From Takakia lepidozioides (taxonomy: Eukaryota > Plantae > Bryophyta): a stretch of 64,000 nucleotides of DNA. Location of the stretch: positions 11,346,001 through 11,410,000 of the forward strand of contig CM060732.1 in NCBI GenBank assembly GCA_030704615.1, in the 5' to 3' direction. Both the position numbers and the translations under genes were made by a program. The notes beneath the pieces were generated by a model. The model did no database searches. It was not told where the DNA came from and saw only the letters and a list, made by a program, of their open reading frames with translations. This document shows, piece after piece, positions 1-13,400 of the stretch; within the stretch, counting starts at the first letter, position 1; each line of letters starts with the position of its first letter.

Positions 1-1203
1 CTAACTCCTTTGCCAGCCTTTGCATTCTGCTTAATTATCGATGAAAGTTAGGATTGGGTGCTTACTGTCATGAGAACGCCATCCCCTCCCACTGGAGGAT
101 GGGCTGATGCTGCTGAGTTATGTACCTACTGCTGGCTGAAATTGCTGAAAGGATCTCCCTTACCTCTCTTCTCTTTGCTAGTATGACCTGTTGCAGGGAT
201 GACATTGGTGAAGTGGTTTAAGCCTGGGGTTCCACAGGAATCGCTACCTAAGAGATCTACTCCTTTTGACTCCCTTGCATGTTTTGTACCCAAGTGGGGT
301 ATATCCTCTTCTATGAGACAGGATGCCTATTGGTTCAATTTGGACTTTCTTGTGATGAGAAATAGTCACATAATCATGCCTTCCTACTCTCTGGCAAGTA
401 CTCCGCAGCCCTCATGAGGGCCATGGGCACCTGCTGAGTCAGTTCTCACAGCCTACAGCTTGAGTCAGGGCACTGGAGTGACACACCCCACCACAGAAGA
501 TAGTAATGTTACTCGTGTCTTCAGTTTTCAGGACTAGAAGCGTTGGCAGCTTTCCTGCTGGAGGCATTCTGTCTTCGGACAATAGTTGGAGTCTTTGCTG
601 TGAATTTCTTGTTCTACTTCTTCCCATGATCCCTCAGCCATGCCACAGGACGCTATAAAGTCTGTTTCTCTCATTCCCTTTCTTCTGGGGTTTCTCAAAA
701 AAACCACCCTTTTTCGTTCTTTTCTGTTTCCTTTGACTCCAGACACCAGACAGTGCTTCAAGGAGATACTTGCCGTTGGATAGTGGGGTGGTCTTCCCGA
801 GGATGGGCGCGTGCAAAGAAATCTTCCCTCTGGGCCTGGCAGAAGTAATAACCCTCAAACAGTTCCTGTGGTACACCAAATAAACCCCACAATATATCAT
901 GAGTGTTCTACATATCTGAGGCATGAAATTACAAAGCATAGACTCAAAATTGACAAGAAAGGAACAGAATGATAGAAAGAAGCAGGAGAAAGGGAAAGAA
1001 AAAAACATGATGCCATCCATGAAAAACCAAGAGATGCTGGGACAATATCCAATCACAGTAGTCGACAACAACTCCAAACCAGGGCTACATAGTTACAGAG
1101 GGTAAGGACGAGGAGAATCAGAAGCTGAAGAACAAGAAACAGAAGAGAGACAGTTTTAACCACAAGTTAGCTGGACATAGACAAGCTATGGCATGAGGTT
1201 TAC

Positions 1204-1746
1204 CTGAATGAGCACAATGTCGGCACCTTTTGCATGGGCCTCTCTCACCATCCTGCCAAAAAATCCCTCCATCAATCAGCAGTCTTCTTCAACCCCATAC
1301 GTACACTATCTTCTTGATTATTAAGTAGCAATATTATATATTACTCAGTAGCCAATGAGCTTGAGACATGTTGCCCAGCCCACAGTGTCTCTCACGCACA
1401 AATGCCAACAACATCGATGTTGCATTAGTAACTGAGTTAAGAGGTTTTGGTGGTTCCGACATTTGCTTAAGCCCCGTGTCAACAAGATGCCAATTCAGAA
1501 TTGCTTAAGCAAAAGACACAGTGACTGTGACTGGCTTTGTTCTATGCTTCAATTTCCACCAAATCATTAGGACAATAGGAGTGAGCAAAACATCACGAGC
1601 ACCCACTTCGCTACATTGTGAGGGAAAGACTTAGAATGGAAAGGAGAGACCCACTTCTCTGCTTTCTCGACATTGAGTGCGACATCGTCTGTGCAGGAAA
1701 ACTGCAGGGCAGCCACCCCCACCACTCGCTCTCCCTTCTGTGCCAT
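1204..1746 (-). CDS. CPA: N-carbamoylputrescine amidase (nitrilase-like), first two coding exons 1746-1655 and 1252-1204; gene continues off the window
   Basis: Splicing at GT..AG gives MAQKGERVVGVAALQFSCTDDVALNVEKAEKMVREAHAKGADIVLIQ (92+49 nt = 47 codons). This matches the N-terminus of plant CPA/NLP1 (..LQFAC.DD...NV..AE.LVREAH.KGA.I.LIQ|E). Confidence 0.88.
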
Positions 1747-2180
1747 CAATCCTCAAGCCGAAACCCTCCCCTCAACTGTGAATCAAGCCAAAGCCCTTCA
1801 AAATGCTGAGACACGCCGACTCAGTACTTACATCAGTCACAGACTAAAAAGCTTCCGCAATTGCAGATGTCGGTCTTTGTACTTTCTCCACCAAGGATCT
1901 TCCAACTCATCAGGGATCTGCAAGTTCTGAAGATGCGGACAGGTATCTGAAAGAAGGTGATACTAGGTTCAAATCCCCGATCACTCGTCTTGCTTGGTCA
2001 AGATTGCTAAGCTGGCCCTTGCCAAGGATTTCTAAGTCTCTTCTGCGAAGAAGAGGGTGAGCCAGTAAAGTCCTCAACTTGGGTATTTGGACACTGTACT
2101 GCTTTGACTGATGCAATATCAGTTTCAGAAATTGTGTCAAAGGTGACTGAGGTGGATCCTACATGAACCTCTCCAGTGTA

Positions 2181-3195
2181 CCGTAGTGGGAAGGCTGATC
2201 CAGAACTAAATAATTAGAAATGAATCTGCCTAATAATTAAGTGAAAATTTAGGAAAAACTGCCGAAATTCCAGAAACTTTATTAAAAAATGCCTAAAATC
2301 TCAAACAAACTCCAAATCTCCAAATGCATGTTTCAAGGCATACCGCTCTAGGAAAATATTTTCCTTAGGTCTGAGAAATCCTAGAATAATTGGCTGAACA
2401 ATCACTGCATTTGATGATTGACCTGTCGTAGATCCAGACCTACTTCCGTTACGGTTAATGGATTCTTGAGGATTTTACCAAAGTCTTCAAGGTTTCAGAT
2501 AAGGCATCGAGCCCTTGTAGGTTCATAATGTCGTTAATTCGAGAGTCCACTCTCGGTTATGGTCCTAGCACGGTCCTCCGCGTGTTATGCCTTATGGCAG
2601 CCTGCGGGCATTTAAAGGGTTTTAATTTTGTTCCCTCAATAATCAGTTAATAAAGTTCTCAGGGCACCGTCCCTGTTCTGGAAAATTTAAAAAATTAAAA
2701 ATTAAAAATAAATGATTGACCAGATGCTCTCATGGCTCTTCACAACCCACATAATTTTTATTTTTGTTGTTTGTTTGTTTTGTTTTTGAAAAAAGGGAAA
2801 CACGTGGGAGCGACAGCTCACAAAACATGCCCCTTGACAGTGAGAGGAGAAAATAACCTCTTTCATTTATGCGCCCTGGAGGCGAATGAGTGGGACACCG
2901 CCCAGGAACCATACCACACCCGTCAGTAGCAAGATTTGACCCCAGAATCATCTGGGTGGCACTTAGTGCACTTAACCATATGAGATATTATGGTACTGTT
3001 GGTACATAATTCTTTTACCACATCTGGTACAGTAGATAGAGCAAGTTCATGCAGGGAGTCACTGCCGAATTCCTTAAAATCTCCTCATGGCATTGCCGTA
3101 AAATCTAGAAATTTCCTTAAGTTGTGCCGGAGTGTTTTGTTGTAAAGAAAATAAACATTCAGCACTTCACTGCCGGATCAGCCTTCCCACTACGG
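2181..3195. mobile_element. Non-autonomous Tc1/mariner-type DNA transposon (MITE-like)
   Basis: Perfect 21-bp TIR CCGTAGTGGGAAGGCTGATCC (2181-2201, reverse complement at 3175-3195). TA flanks both ends (2179-80, 3196-97). No transposase ORF. Confidence 0.85.
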
Positions 3196-4742
3196 TATAT
3201 CACAATTCCCTGGAGTTCAATGCACTTGACATCGCACCAGTGGTCGCCCCGCCATGGTGGCGGTTACTGTCCGTGGTGGAGGACCGAGCGGGCTGCTGCT
3301 AGAACACGTACAGACAAGCTACGGGTTTTGTGAAGGTGGCAGCTTGGAGTGCGGACGAAGGAGGCACTATGGAGGTGGAGAAGTGTGGTGGATGATCAAG
3401 CATGGGGGGAGGACCTTTCTCCCTCTTATTAAGTGTCTCCCCTTTATTACGAACATACGGTATGTGTGTGTGGGGAGGGGCATTACTAAAAGTATGACGT
3501 ATCTCCCAAAGCGAACGTAACTTATGGTGTCTCTTCACCACAAGGGCTACTATCTGCTAGTAGGGGCATTACTACATAATAGTTTGAACTAATGAGTGAA
3601 GTGGAGTGTGTGCAGAGGAACGACCCATTCTTCTTTATGCTCGTGTATTCGATGATTATATGTGTAAGTATGTATTTTCCTTCTGTGCTGTTTACATCAA
3701 GATTCTGAAATGAGGGTCCTCACACACACACCTGCACACCGAGAATTTGCGAACCCACATCAGCTGGGAGAACATGGAAATTACCCCGTGGATCACATGC
3801 AAGCATGAATGAGAAATGGAAAGAGAGTTACATGGGAGATTTTGGTGTACTTGCGCGACATGCAACTCTGTCTACATACTCCATAAGTCACTGTCCCAAG
3901 ACCCAATGGACAGGGGAGGCCGGTGAGTCTGTACCACAAATGGTAATCATACAGTAGAGGGTACTGCTGCCCAACGTGCAAAAGCCGCCGGCTGCAGGAT
4001 GCTAGGCATGCAAACTCGGGCACAGCACGCCTCCTCTGCACCCCACTCCGTCCCAACCATTGCAAAACAACCGTGCATGCATTGACTGCCGTCTGGCTTT
4101 CTCTCCAGGCATTTGGAAATCTCCGATCTGCTACACGTAAGTGTCTTTGAAGGCGACGATCAAAGGATCCGGTCACTTGCAGTTGTCGTCTTAAGGGCAG
4201 CATTGCAAGAATCAGAATTAAGTAAGAAAGATGGTGGAAGAAGCTGCAAACAACAAATGACTGAAGTGGCAGGGCGATGCTCCATTCTTAACATTGTCGT
4301 GCGCATACGTATCGCTACACAACTACATCGCTGTACAAAACCACACAACACATGTGCACGCCACACACTAGTATATCACTAGTCCACCACTAGTCCAACC
4401 ACTAGTCCAACCACTAGGCTACAACTAGTCAGTCACTAGGCTCTCACTATGCTGCCCACTATGGCAGTCACTAGTCCACACAATCGCCCCCCTAGCTGGT
4501 GCTTAGGTCCCTCTAAGTCCAGGTAGCCACAAGATGTGATAGTGGCCATAGCCTCACTAAGTCCTCCACCACTGTCCCTACTACACTCAACCTCGATAGA
4601 TCAAGAGGTCGGGTGCAAGAGTTGCCCCATCGTTAGTCGCCGTCTTGCAACCTGTGAACTTGAGCTTGGGATCTCATGTATTGACTTCTATGAGCTTGGC
4701 CTCCCATGTCTTGTTAGTTGCCTCCAGTCATGTCCACTGCCA

Positions 4743-5505
4743 CTATCCCAAGCAGTGTGGACACAACCAATCTCCGTCAGGAACCTTCTCAAGAGGTGGT
4801 GTCAAGCATCCCATATGCCAACCCCTTGAGCATCGATCACACACCAGCATGGTGGCTGCCCCTTTGGCAGACCCACAGAGCATGCACCTCAAACCTGCAG
4901 GTACCACTGCCAAGTTTGGGTCAACCCTGCCATCGACATTGGGAAGGTGACATGGCGCACAATTACGCACATGGTCTTTCCAAGTCATGCCATCCCGACC
5001 CTCCAAGATCAGGACTCCTGAGGGCAACACCTCTTGAACCCTCAGAATAACACGCCTTGCAGTAACATCCAGAGTCGTAGGAACAGTCTGCTGCAAATAA
5101 ACATAGTCACCAGGGCTAACCTCCGAACCCTAGGACGATATCCTCCACCACGTATAGTGGCATACCTCAACGTATCACGGTGCTGTGCAATGGCAAGGTT
5201 CTCAAAAGCCATGGGCATGACTTTCTTGAACAACTCTGCACGCTGATCACATGCACGTACCCACACGTCCGGATCGTCAAGGTTAAGGACTTGAGTAGTG
5301 TCCCTACGAATGGCTGCAGGCAAATTCGGCTCTCGGCCAAAGAGAAGGAAATATGGTGAGAAGGAGGCAAGTGATGCTTGTTTGCTGAACCTGTAGCCCA
5401 TGGCTAACCAAGGAACCCGAAGATCCCAATCTCCTAGGTGTCCCTTCTGCAAGCCATACTTGCGCAAACCCCTCTTCACCGTCTGAACAACTCTCTCTGC
5501 CGAGC
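4743..5505 (-). pseudogene. Gypsy integrase C-terminal half plus PHD finger (frameshifted near 5100)
   Basis: AERVVQTVKRGL..WD..V.W....YR..KQAS...SPY.LLFGR (integrase core end), followed by CMLC..MLVCDRCSRGWHMGCLTPPLEKVPDGDWLCPHC (C4HC3 PHD). Confidence 0.9.
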
Positions 5506-5924
5506 AGCGTAGCTACGGCGTGAGCCCAGCCCCGTGAGCCTGGGAGCTGAGCTCACGTTCAAGCTTTGAAGCGTGAGCTGAGCTCACGCTTCAGGGAAGC
5601 GTGAGCGGCATGAATCTGCTGGAGAAGCAGGTCCTATAGGCGAGGATTGCAGGAAGAGGGCCTATTACCGTGGACAAAACAAAGGAGGCCACCATGCACC
5701 ATGTCTGCAATGCGTGCCAAAAAAGAGGAATATGTAAATATGGCAGATTTGAGCTCAGAATGATTGACACAGTTTATTTCAATTCACAGATAGACGCTTA
5801 CAATGAATCGCAAGTGCATTTGCCCTGGTTCCGTGAACGAAATGTATATGTTTGTCATAAAATGAAAAGTCTTCACACGGCAACCTGGAAACCAGCATGG
5901 GAAGCGGGCATGGCTCGTATGTGT

Positions 5925-8900
5925 TCAAAGAGAAGTTGGCGGAGCTCTACGCGAGGTGTCCCGCTGCAAAAGGGTGATGACTTCTCCGTAGCCTAGTGTG
6001 GCTTGGTGAATGAATTGGTCTCTCTTACCATCGCAACACATAATTACAAGGTATATGTAATATTGATGCTTGCAGGGGACCCACTTCCCTCTCATGCCGA
6101 GAGCGCCCTCACGCATCGTTACAAAATCCAGACAAGTGCACGATGGGAAATTCCCGATGGTAACCTGATATTCTTTGGCATGAAGAACTGAGCCAATTGA
6201 CAGCACTGTGTAAATCCGTCCATACCCCGGGGAAGGGACTTTGGTGATACGAGTCACCCTAGCCTGCAAAATTCTAGCCGATTCCATCTTGCATTCGTGA
6301 TCTGCACCCGAAGCAACACGGCGCACTGTTTTTCCATCTCTTTTTGTTGGGTGGGAGTCGGCACCGGGTGGAGGCATTGTCGGAGCATGTGGCACATCTG
6401 TGCCGACAGTGCATAAGGGCACCACCCGGGACCGTGCAAGACAAAACCCTCCCTCCTCCAGCATGCTTATCTCGGTTGAGGACAGCGATGTCCCAATTTT
6501 CACAGGCCAAATTGCGGGGGGAGGGGGCTTCATTATCACGGAAGGACGAACTGTTCCCTTCACGCATCGTGCCATATCGTCTGGGCAGAACCAAAACTTG
6601 TGCTCTTTTGACTCCCCACTATGATAAGGTCGGAACAACCCTGTGAATGTTGGAGCTGGAGTCCCCCTGGAGCCTTTGCATATTTTTGATTTGCATTTCT
6701 TGAATGAGGGGGTCCGAATTGCCATGCAAGCCACTCTAGATCCTGGTGGGGTGCGTTCTATATGCCAGTCACTATCAATGCAATCAGATTCCTGCACCAT
6801 GGCCACCACCTCCTCCAATGGGATTTCCGCTGCTATGCTTGCATGTTCTGCACTGCTCCACAGGAGGAGGACCCACCTGGGAAGGGGCCGGCACAGGACT
6901 TAGTCTGCACTGGAGACACCTTTGGCACAGAGAAATTGACCCTGTCTGGCCTATGGGAATCTCCATCTGACCCTGGAAGAGTGTTTAATTTCCTTTTGCA
7001 TGATCCAAATCTTTCCTCGCCTTCCAAATGGGGGAGCCTGGATTGCAGAGGGGAGCCTTCAGTGCACCTGTTTAGAGCTCTGGCCATCTTTGACGGGTCT
7101 CCGGACCTACTCGCAGCCCTTAGCATCAACAAAGTCGTATCGGGGCCCTTCCCTCCACCCCGTCCCATCAGAAAATTGCGGTACCTGGTTTGTTGTGTAA
7201 GTGCCCGCACCATGTCATCAGCAGTGGCCACATACAAGTCACGACCTGCTTTGGTAGACTGTTGCATCCAGGCGTTGTGAACAGTCTCTGCCAAATTACA
7301 CGATGGCATGTCGGCCAAGTCCTCCAAGGACATGTCCTGCAGGAGGCATTGCATGGAAATGTGAGGAAGGAAAAGAAATGGTAGAGGTTCTTCAAGTGAC
7401 AATCGAACAACCCCAAATGAACAGGCACGATGCAAAGTGCAATTTGTGTTTAAGGAAAACTTGTGAGGCTTACCGTCGTCATGAAAGCTCCCCACTGTCT
7501 GTACCTGAAGTGCCAGAAAACCAACCAGTCCTCCAACTCCTTCAGGTGGATACCTGTAGCAGCACCAGAGGAGAACCACCAAGCCCGGATTGCCTGGTAA
7601 GTGCTCTCAGCTTCTCCCATTGAGGTGGCATTCTTGTACTTCAGACAGAGCCTTCTATGCTCCAACTGAAGGTCAGGGCGAATGCAGCGCTTTGTATGAC
7701 GTGCCAGAGATTGACTCCAATGGAAGAGGCATGTGCGCTCCCTATTTTCCATTGGGACCTTAGGATCCCCCGAACCAAACACGCGCCGCACTGCATTGAA
7801 ATTTGCCTGTGCACTATCAGCCATGAAGCCCGCAAAATTTGTGTTTTGTATTCCATTGCGCTGCATGACGGCCAGGAGGGAATTCCACATGAGCATCTGG
7901 GATTCAGTGTCCTCCGACTGCATATCACAAATTGCTATGGAGAGCACACGCTGGTACGCTGGATCATACACATGGCACGCCATGGTTGTCCAACCCTTCA
8001 CCCGTTTGCAGTGATCAAACATTAACCAACATTTAGCCAAATCTCCTCCAGGTTGCATTCGGCGGACAATGCTCACACCACTGCCTTGGCCCACAGCGGA
8101 CATCTTGAACAAATACACTTTGGACGAGCCCTGGCCAGGGAACATACTGTTTTGAATGAATTCATAGCGACTCCTCCGTTTGAGGTCCATAATGTTGTCC
8201 ATGAATCCAGCAGTGCCTGTGCCCATTCTGAGTGCATTCACCTGGTTTCGAATATTGGGAGAGCTCAACACGGAGAAATGGTCCATGACTGCCTCAAGGG
8301 AATCTGCATCCAGCATTGGCTGTGTCGCATCCCCTTCACCCAGTATGTGTTTTTCCAGGAATGCCTTGCTAGCTGCAAGCGCTATAGCAGAAGGTGTTGC
8401 ACAAGGGGCATTGTGGAACTCTTGCTTCAGTAGATTTCTAGCGATGTCCACGCTATCCCTGCAACTCCCTTTGGACACAGGATGCTCGTGTGCACCCATA
8501 TGAATGCAGGCACGAGTCATTGTCTTGCATCGATGTGCCACCTGATACATACGAGCGTGGCAAACAGAAACACAGGACGGGGAAAGTTTGCAGAACCTGC
8601 ACACAAAAGTATTGGTCTTGGGAGGTGCAAGCCCTGGGGTGAAAGGATTCAGGGGCACACCTTCCCACTCACTTTCGTTTGGCTGAGCGCTGTTTCTCAG
8701 CCGAGGGCAAGAAATATTCAGGCACTTGCAATGCCCAACGCAAACCGACCTCCGAAATTTCAAGCCAATGTCGTTATGGATGTTCGACGTTTTTGTCCTG
8801 CACCAAGGATGTCCGTCATGTTTCTTGTCCATGCCCTGCAGAAGCCCAGCCAGTCCACTGGAAGACGTGGGAGGGTTGAGCTCAAACAAGATGTCCCCAT

Positions 8901-9503
8901 CAAACTGAGCTGGCACGTATTGAACCCGTTGCACTGGAAGGGACTCCCAATCAACAAAACGTAGCTCGCTCTTGCACCCAGGCACACCTGCGAGGGCTTT
9001 CAATTTTGGAATGACACTTGTTATCTCTTGCAATTCGTCATCATCCAATAAGGGAGTTTGCACTGGCGGAGGAATCTCAAAACATCCTCCGAGGACGAGT
9101 CCGAAAGAGTCACGAAGGTAGTGGATGTGCTCACCTCTTGTTTCACAGGAACTGTGCCCTTCTGTTGCACGACCGATGCTGCAGTGCCAGGGGTAACGAC
9201 TGATCCTGCTGATTGTCTTCTCTCTTTTCCAAGGACACGGTATGTTCCTGGAAGGACTCTCCACTTCCTTCCACACTCGCCAACCAAGGGTTTCTCCAAG
9301 TGCCCAGAATCCAAATTCCCATCCTCGTCATACACCTCTTTCTGAACAAGCAGAGAACCCAACTCCAGCGGGAACACTGTAACCAGCTCATCCTCATGAA
9401 CAACTGCATACCCATCGTCGTCTGCAGTGGCAGTCAGTGGAAGAGTACCTGCATTGGAATGGAATCGAGCGAGTGCATCTCGCTCCCTCGACATGTTTTC
9501 CAT
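5925..9503 (-). pseudogene. MULE/Mutator DDE transposase with GCM/WRKY-like N-terminal domain and C-terminal SWIM finger; intron 7473-7337, frameshifts near 9080 and 6900
   Basis: DGHPW..T...C.GHCKC.N..CP and C.ARM..H.G.HEHP. Catalytic-region motifs MFDHCKRV, FMADSAQA, CLFHW (Mutator CxxH) and CNLAETVH. SWIM motif YQV.I...PSCTC.DF..CKH. Confidence 0.85.
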
Positions 9504-10436
9504 CACTGAACGAAACTGGCGATTCAGAACGGAATCCCCAAACTGAGAGCCCGTAATTATCGAAAGTGGAAATACCACCAGCAAACTGAGGTCAACAAGG
9601 GTAGCACCAAACCAAAGGCTGCCGGCGATGCATGCCAAGGATGTAGGGATGACGTGCACCTTCACCTCCCACCAACCAGAAAAACCGTTTTGAAAGACCA
9701 GAGCCACAAGAAGCCGTGCTGTTTTTGGATGGAAAACAAACCCTGAAAATGACATGAAACCATCCATTATGAAATGACGGCAACAACCCTGGAGAGCAGT
9801 AAACAGGAAGATCCGATTGTAATGAGATTGTGTTGCGCCAGAATAGCACAGAACAAACACTGACACTCCAAGAGATACCTCGCACGAATGTGTGCAACAC
9901 ATGGTCATATCCGACACAATCCTTTATACCGAATGACCCCATGGGGACGGTCACGGCAAAAAAAAAACCACAGGGCATGCAGTACAACACACGTGGATGC
10001 ATATGTGAAGCATAACAATAATTGCGAATCTGGAAGAACTGCTCGGAATTGAAAAAGCACTACATTTCTACGGCACATTCGAATTTGAAAGAAGGCAAGG
10101 AGGCCGCCATGTATTGGCAGGCGGCGAAGTACATCTGACATATATCGCAAATGCATGCAACGGATGTTCTTTTTCTTCGGCGCTTTATTAGCTGGGTAAT
10201 ACAAAGACGCCAAAATGGATGAATTCCGTTCGCACACAATATCAACACCCGCATCCAAATACGGTTGACAACGTCCATTTTTATTTTTGTTACATGCGAT
10301 ACCAGCACTTGTTGCAAACGTCAAACTGGAGAGCTCCAGGGGCATCGTGGGGAGCCCTTGTTTCCAGCGGAGGAGAAAGAGAAGGAAGTCATTATACTTC
10401 ACGAGTTCTAGAAACAGGAATAGAGCTAGATATAGA

Positions 10437-13400
10437 ATGAGGATGGAAAGAGTGGAGGAAGAGGAAAAGGAGGAAGAAAAGGGAATACAGGAAAGTGTGG
10501 CGATGGAGGAGCAGGAATTTGGAGAAGAAGAACAACCCACCATAGTTCCAGGAACAGGCGAGGAGGACACTGCGTCTGAGGAAGAGACAGACGACATGGA
10601 GGAAGATGTTGACACTGGCCTCACGAAGAATCTGACCACGGGAAAGAGGAAGGGGGAGAGGCTCACCTACATAGTCGGCGAAGAGAGCAGCCCGAAGCGG
10701 AAAGGGTCCCCGGCAACTGGGGAGTCTTCTCGAGTAGCTACGAAAAAGGTAAAATCTACAGGACCCACATTTGTGAAGAATTCGGCTTTCAATGGCAGGT
10801 ATTTGAGAAAGAAAGAACCATTCAGTGGCAGCTCAAACAGTGTGCGTTGCCGCACACTGTTTGAGCTGCACATGTCACTGTTTAAGGGTGCAAAATTCTT
10901 CCTTCAACGACACCTTTCTGAGGATGAAATGAACCCCGCACTGCCAGCTCAAACAGTATGTGGCAACGCACACTGTTTGAGCAGATCTTTTCAATGTTTT
11001 AGGGTGCAAAATTTGGCCTTGGAGTCAGTTATCTGCGGGTGAAATGAACCCTTCACTGCCAGCCAAACAGTGTGCGGCAACGCACACTGTTTGAGCTGAA
11101 CATTTCAATGTTTCAGGGTGCAAAATTTGGACTTCAGGGGCACCTATGTGAGGATGAAATGAACCCTTCACTGTCAGCCCAAACAGTGTGCGGCAACGCA
11201 CACTGTTTGAGCAGATCTTTTCAATGTTTTAGGGTGCAAAATTTGGTCTTGCTGTCTGTTATCTGAGGGTGAAATGAACCCTTCACTGCCAGCTCAAACA
11301 GTGTGCGGCAACGCACACTGTTTGAGCTGAACATTTCAATGTTTCAGGGTGAAAAATTTGGTCTTGCTGTCTGTTATCTGAGGGTGAAATGAACCCTTCG
11401 CTGCCAGCTCAAACAGTGTGCGGCAACGCACACTGTTTGAGCTGAACATTTCAATGTTTCAGGGTGCAAAATTTGGACTTCAGGGGCACCTATGTGAGGA
11501 TGAAATGAACCATTCACTGTCAGCCCAAAAGTGTGCGGCAACGCACACTGTTTGAGCTGAACATTTCAATGTTTCAGGGTGCAAAATTTGGACTTCAGGG
11601 GCACCTGTGTGAGGATGAAATGAACCCTTCACTGTCAGCCCAAACAGTGTGCGGCAACGCACACTGTTTGAGCTGAACATTTCAATGTTTCAGGGTGCAA
11701 AATTTGGACTTCAGGGGCACCTATGTGAGGATGAAATGAACCCTTCACTGTCAGCCCAAACAGTGTGCGGCAACGCACACTGTTTGAGCTGAACATTTCA
11801 ATGTTTTAGGGTGCAAAATTTGGTCTTGCTGTCTGTTATCTGAGGGTGAAATGAACCCTTCACTGCCAGCTCAAACAGTGTGCGGCAACGCACACTGTTT
11901 GAGCTGAACATTTCAATGTTTCAGGGTGCAAAATTTGGACTTCAGGGGCACCTATGTGAGGATGAAATGAACCCTTCACTGTCAGCCCAAACAGTGTGCG
12001 GCAACGCACACTGTTTGAGCTGAACATTTCAATGTTTTAGGGTGCAAAATTTGGTCTTGCTGTCTGTTATCTAAGGGTGAAATGAACCCTTCACTGCCAG
12101 CTCAAACAGTGTGCGGCAACGCACACTGTTTGAGCTGAACATTTCAATGTTTCTGGGTGCAAAATTTGGACTTCAGGGGCACCTATGTGAGGATGAAATG
12201 AACCCTTCACTGTCAGCCCAAACAGTGTGCGGCAACGCACACTGTTTGAGCTGAACATTTCAATGTTTTAGGGTGCAAAATTTGGTCTTGCTGTCTGTTA
12301 TCTGAGGTTGAAATGAACCCTTCACTGCCAGCTCAAACAGTGTGCGGCAACGCACACTGTTTGAGCAGATCTTTTCAATGTTTTAGGGTGCAAAATTTGG
12401 TCTTGCTGTCTGTTATCTGAGGGTGAAATGAACCCTTCACTGCCAGCTCAAACAGTGTGCGGCAACGCACACTGTTTGAGCTGAACATTTCAATGTTTCA
12501 AGGTGCAAAATTTGGACTTCAGGGGCACCTATGTGAGGATGAAATGAACCATTCATTGTCAGCCCAAACAGTGTGCGGCAACGCACACTGTTTGAGCTGA
12601 ACATTTCAATGTTTCAGGGTGCAAAATTTGGACTTCAGGGGCACCTGTGTGAGGATGAAATGAACCCTTCACTGTCAGCCCAAACAGTGTGCGGCAACGC
12701 ACACTGTTTGAGCTTAACATTTCAATGTTTTAGGGTGCAAAATTTGGTCTTGCTGTCTGTTATCTGAGGTTGAAATGAACCCTTCACTGCCAGCTCAAAC
12801 AGTGTGCGGCAACGCACACTGTTTGAGCAGATCTTTTCAATGTTTTAGGGTGCAAAATTTGGTCTTGCTGTCTGTTATCTGAGGGTGAAATGAACCCTTC
12901 ACTGCCAGCTCAAACAGTGTGCGGCAACGCACACTGTTTGAGCTGAACATTTCAATGTTTCAGGGTGCAAAATTTGGACTTCAGGGGCACCTATGTGAGG
13001 ATGAAATGAACCATTCACTGTCAGCCCAAAAAGTGTGCGGCAACGCACACTGTTTGAGCTGAACATTTTAATGTTTCAGGGTTCAAAATTTGGACTTCAG
13101 GGGCACCTATGTGAGGATGAAATGAACCCTTCACTGTCAGCCCAAACAGTGTGCGGCAACGCACACTGTTTGAGCTGAACATTTCAATGTTTTAGGGTGC
13201 AAAATTTGGTCTTGCTGTCTGTTATCTGAGGTTGAAATGAACCCTTCACTGCCAGCTCAAACAGTGTGCGGCAACGCACACTGTTTGAGCAGATCTTTTC
13301 AATGTTTTAGGGTGCAAAATTTGGTCTTGTTGTCTGTTATCTGAGGGTGAAATGAACCCTTCGCTGCCAGCTCAAACAGTGTGCGGCAACGCACACTGTT

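Noticed and set aside
1-1140. ORFs in the CPA intron
   Set aside because: CpG-depleted, low-complexity sequence with no motifs; possibly old retroelement debris, but not assignable.
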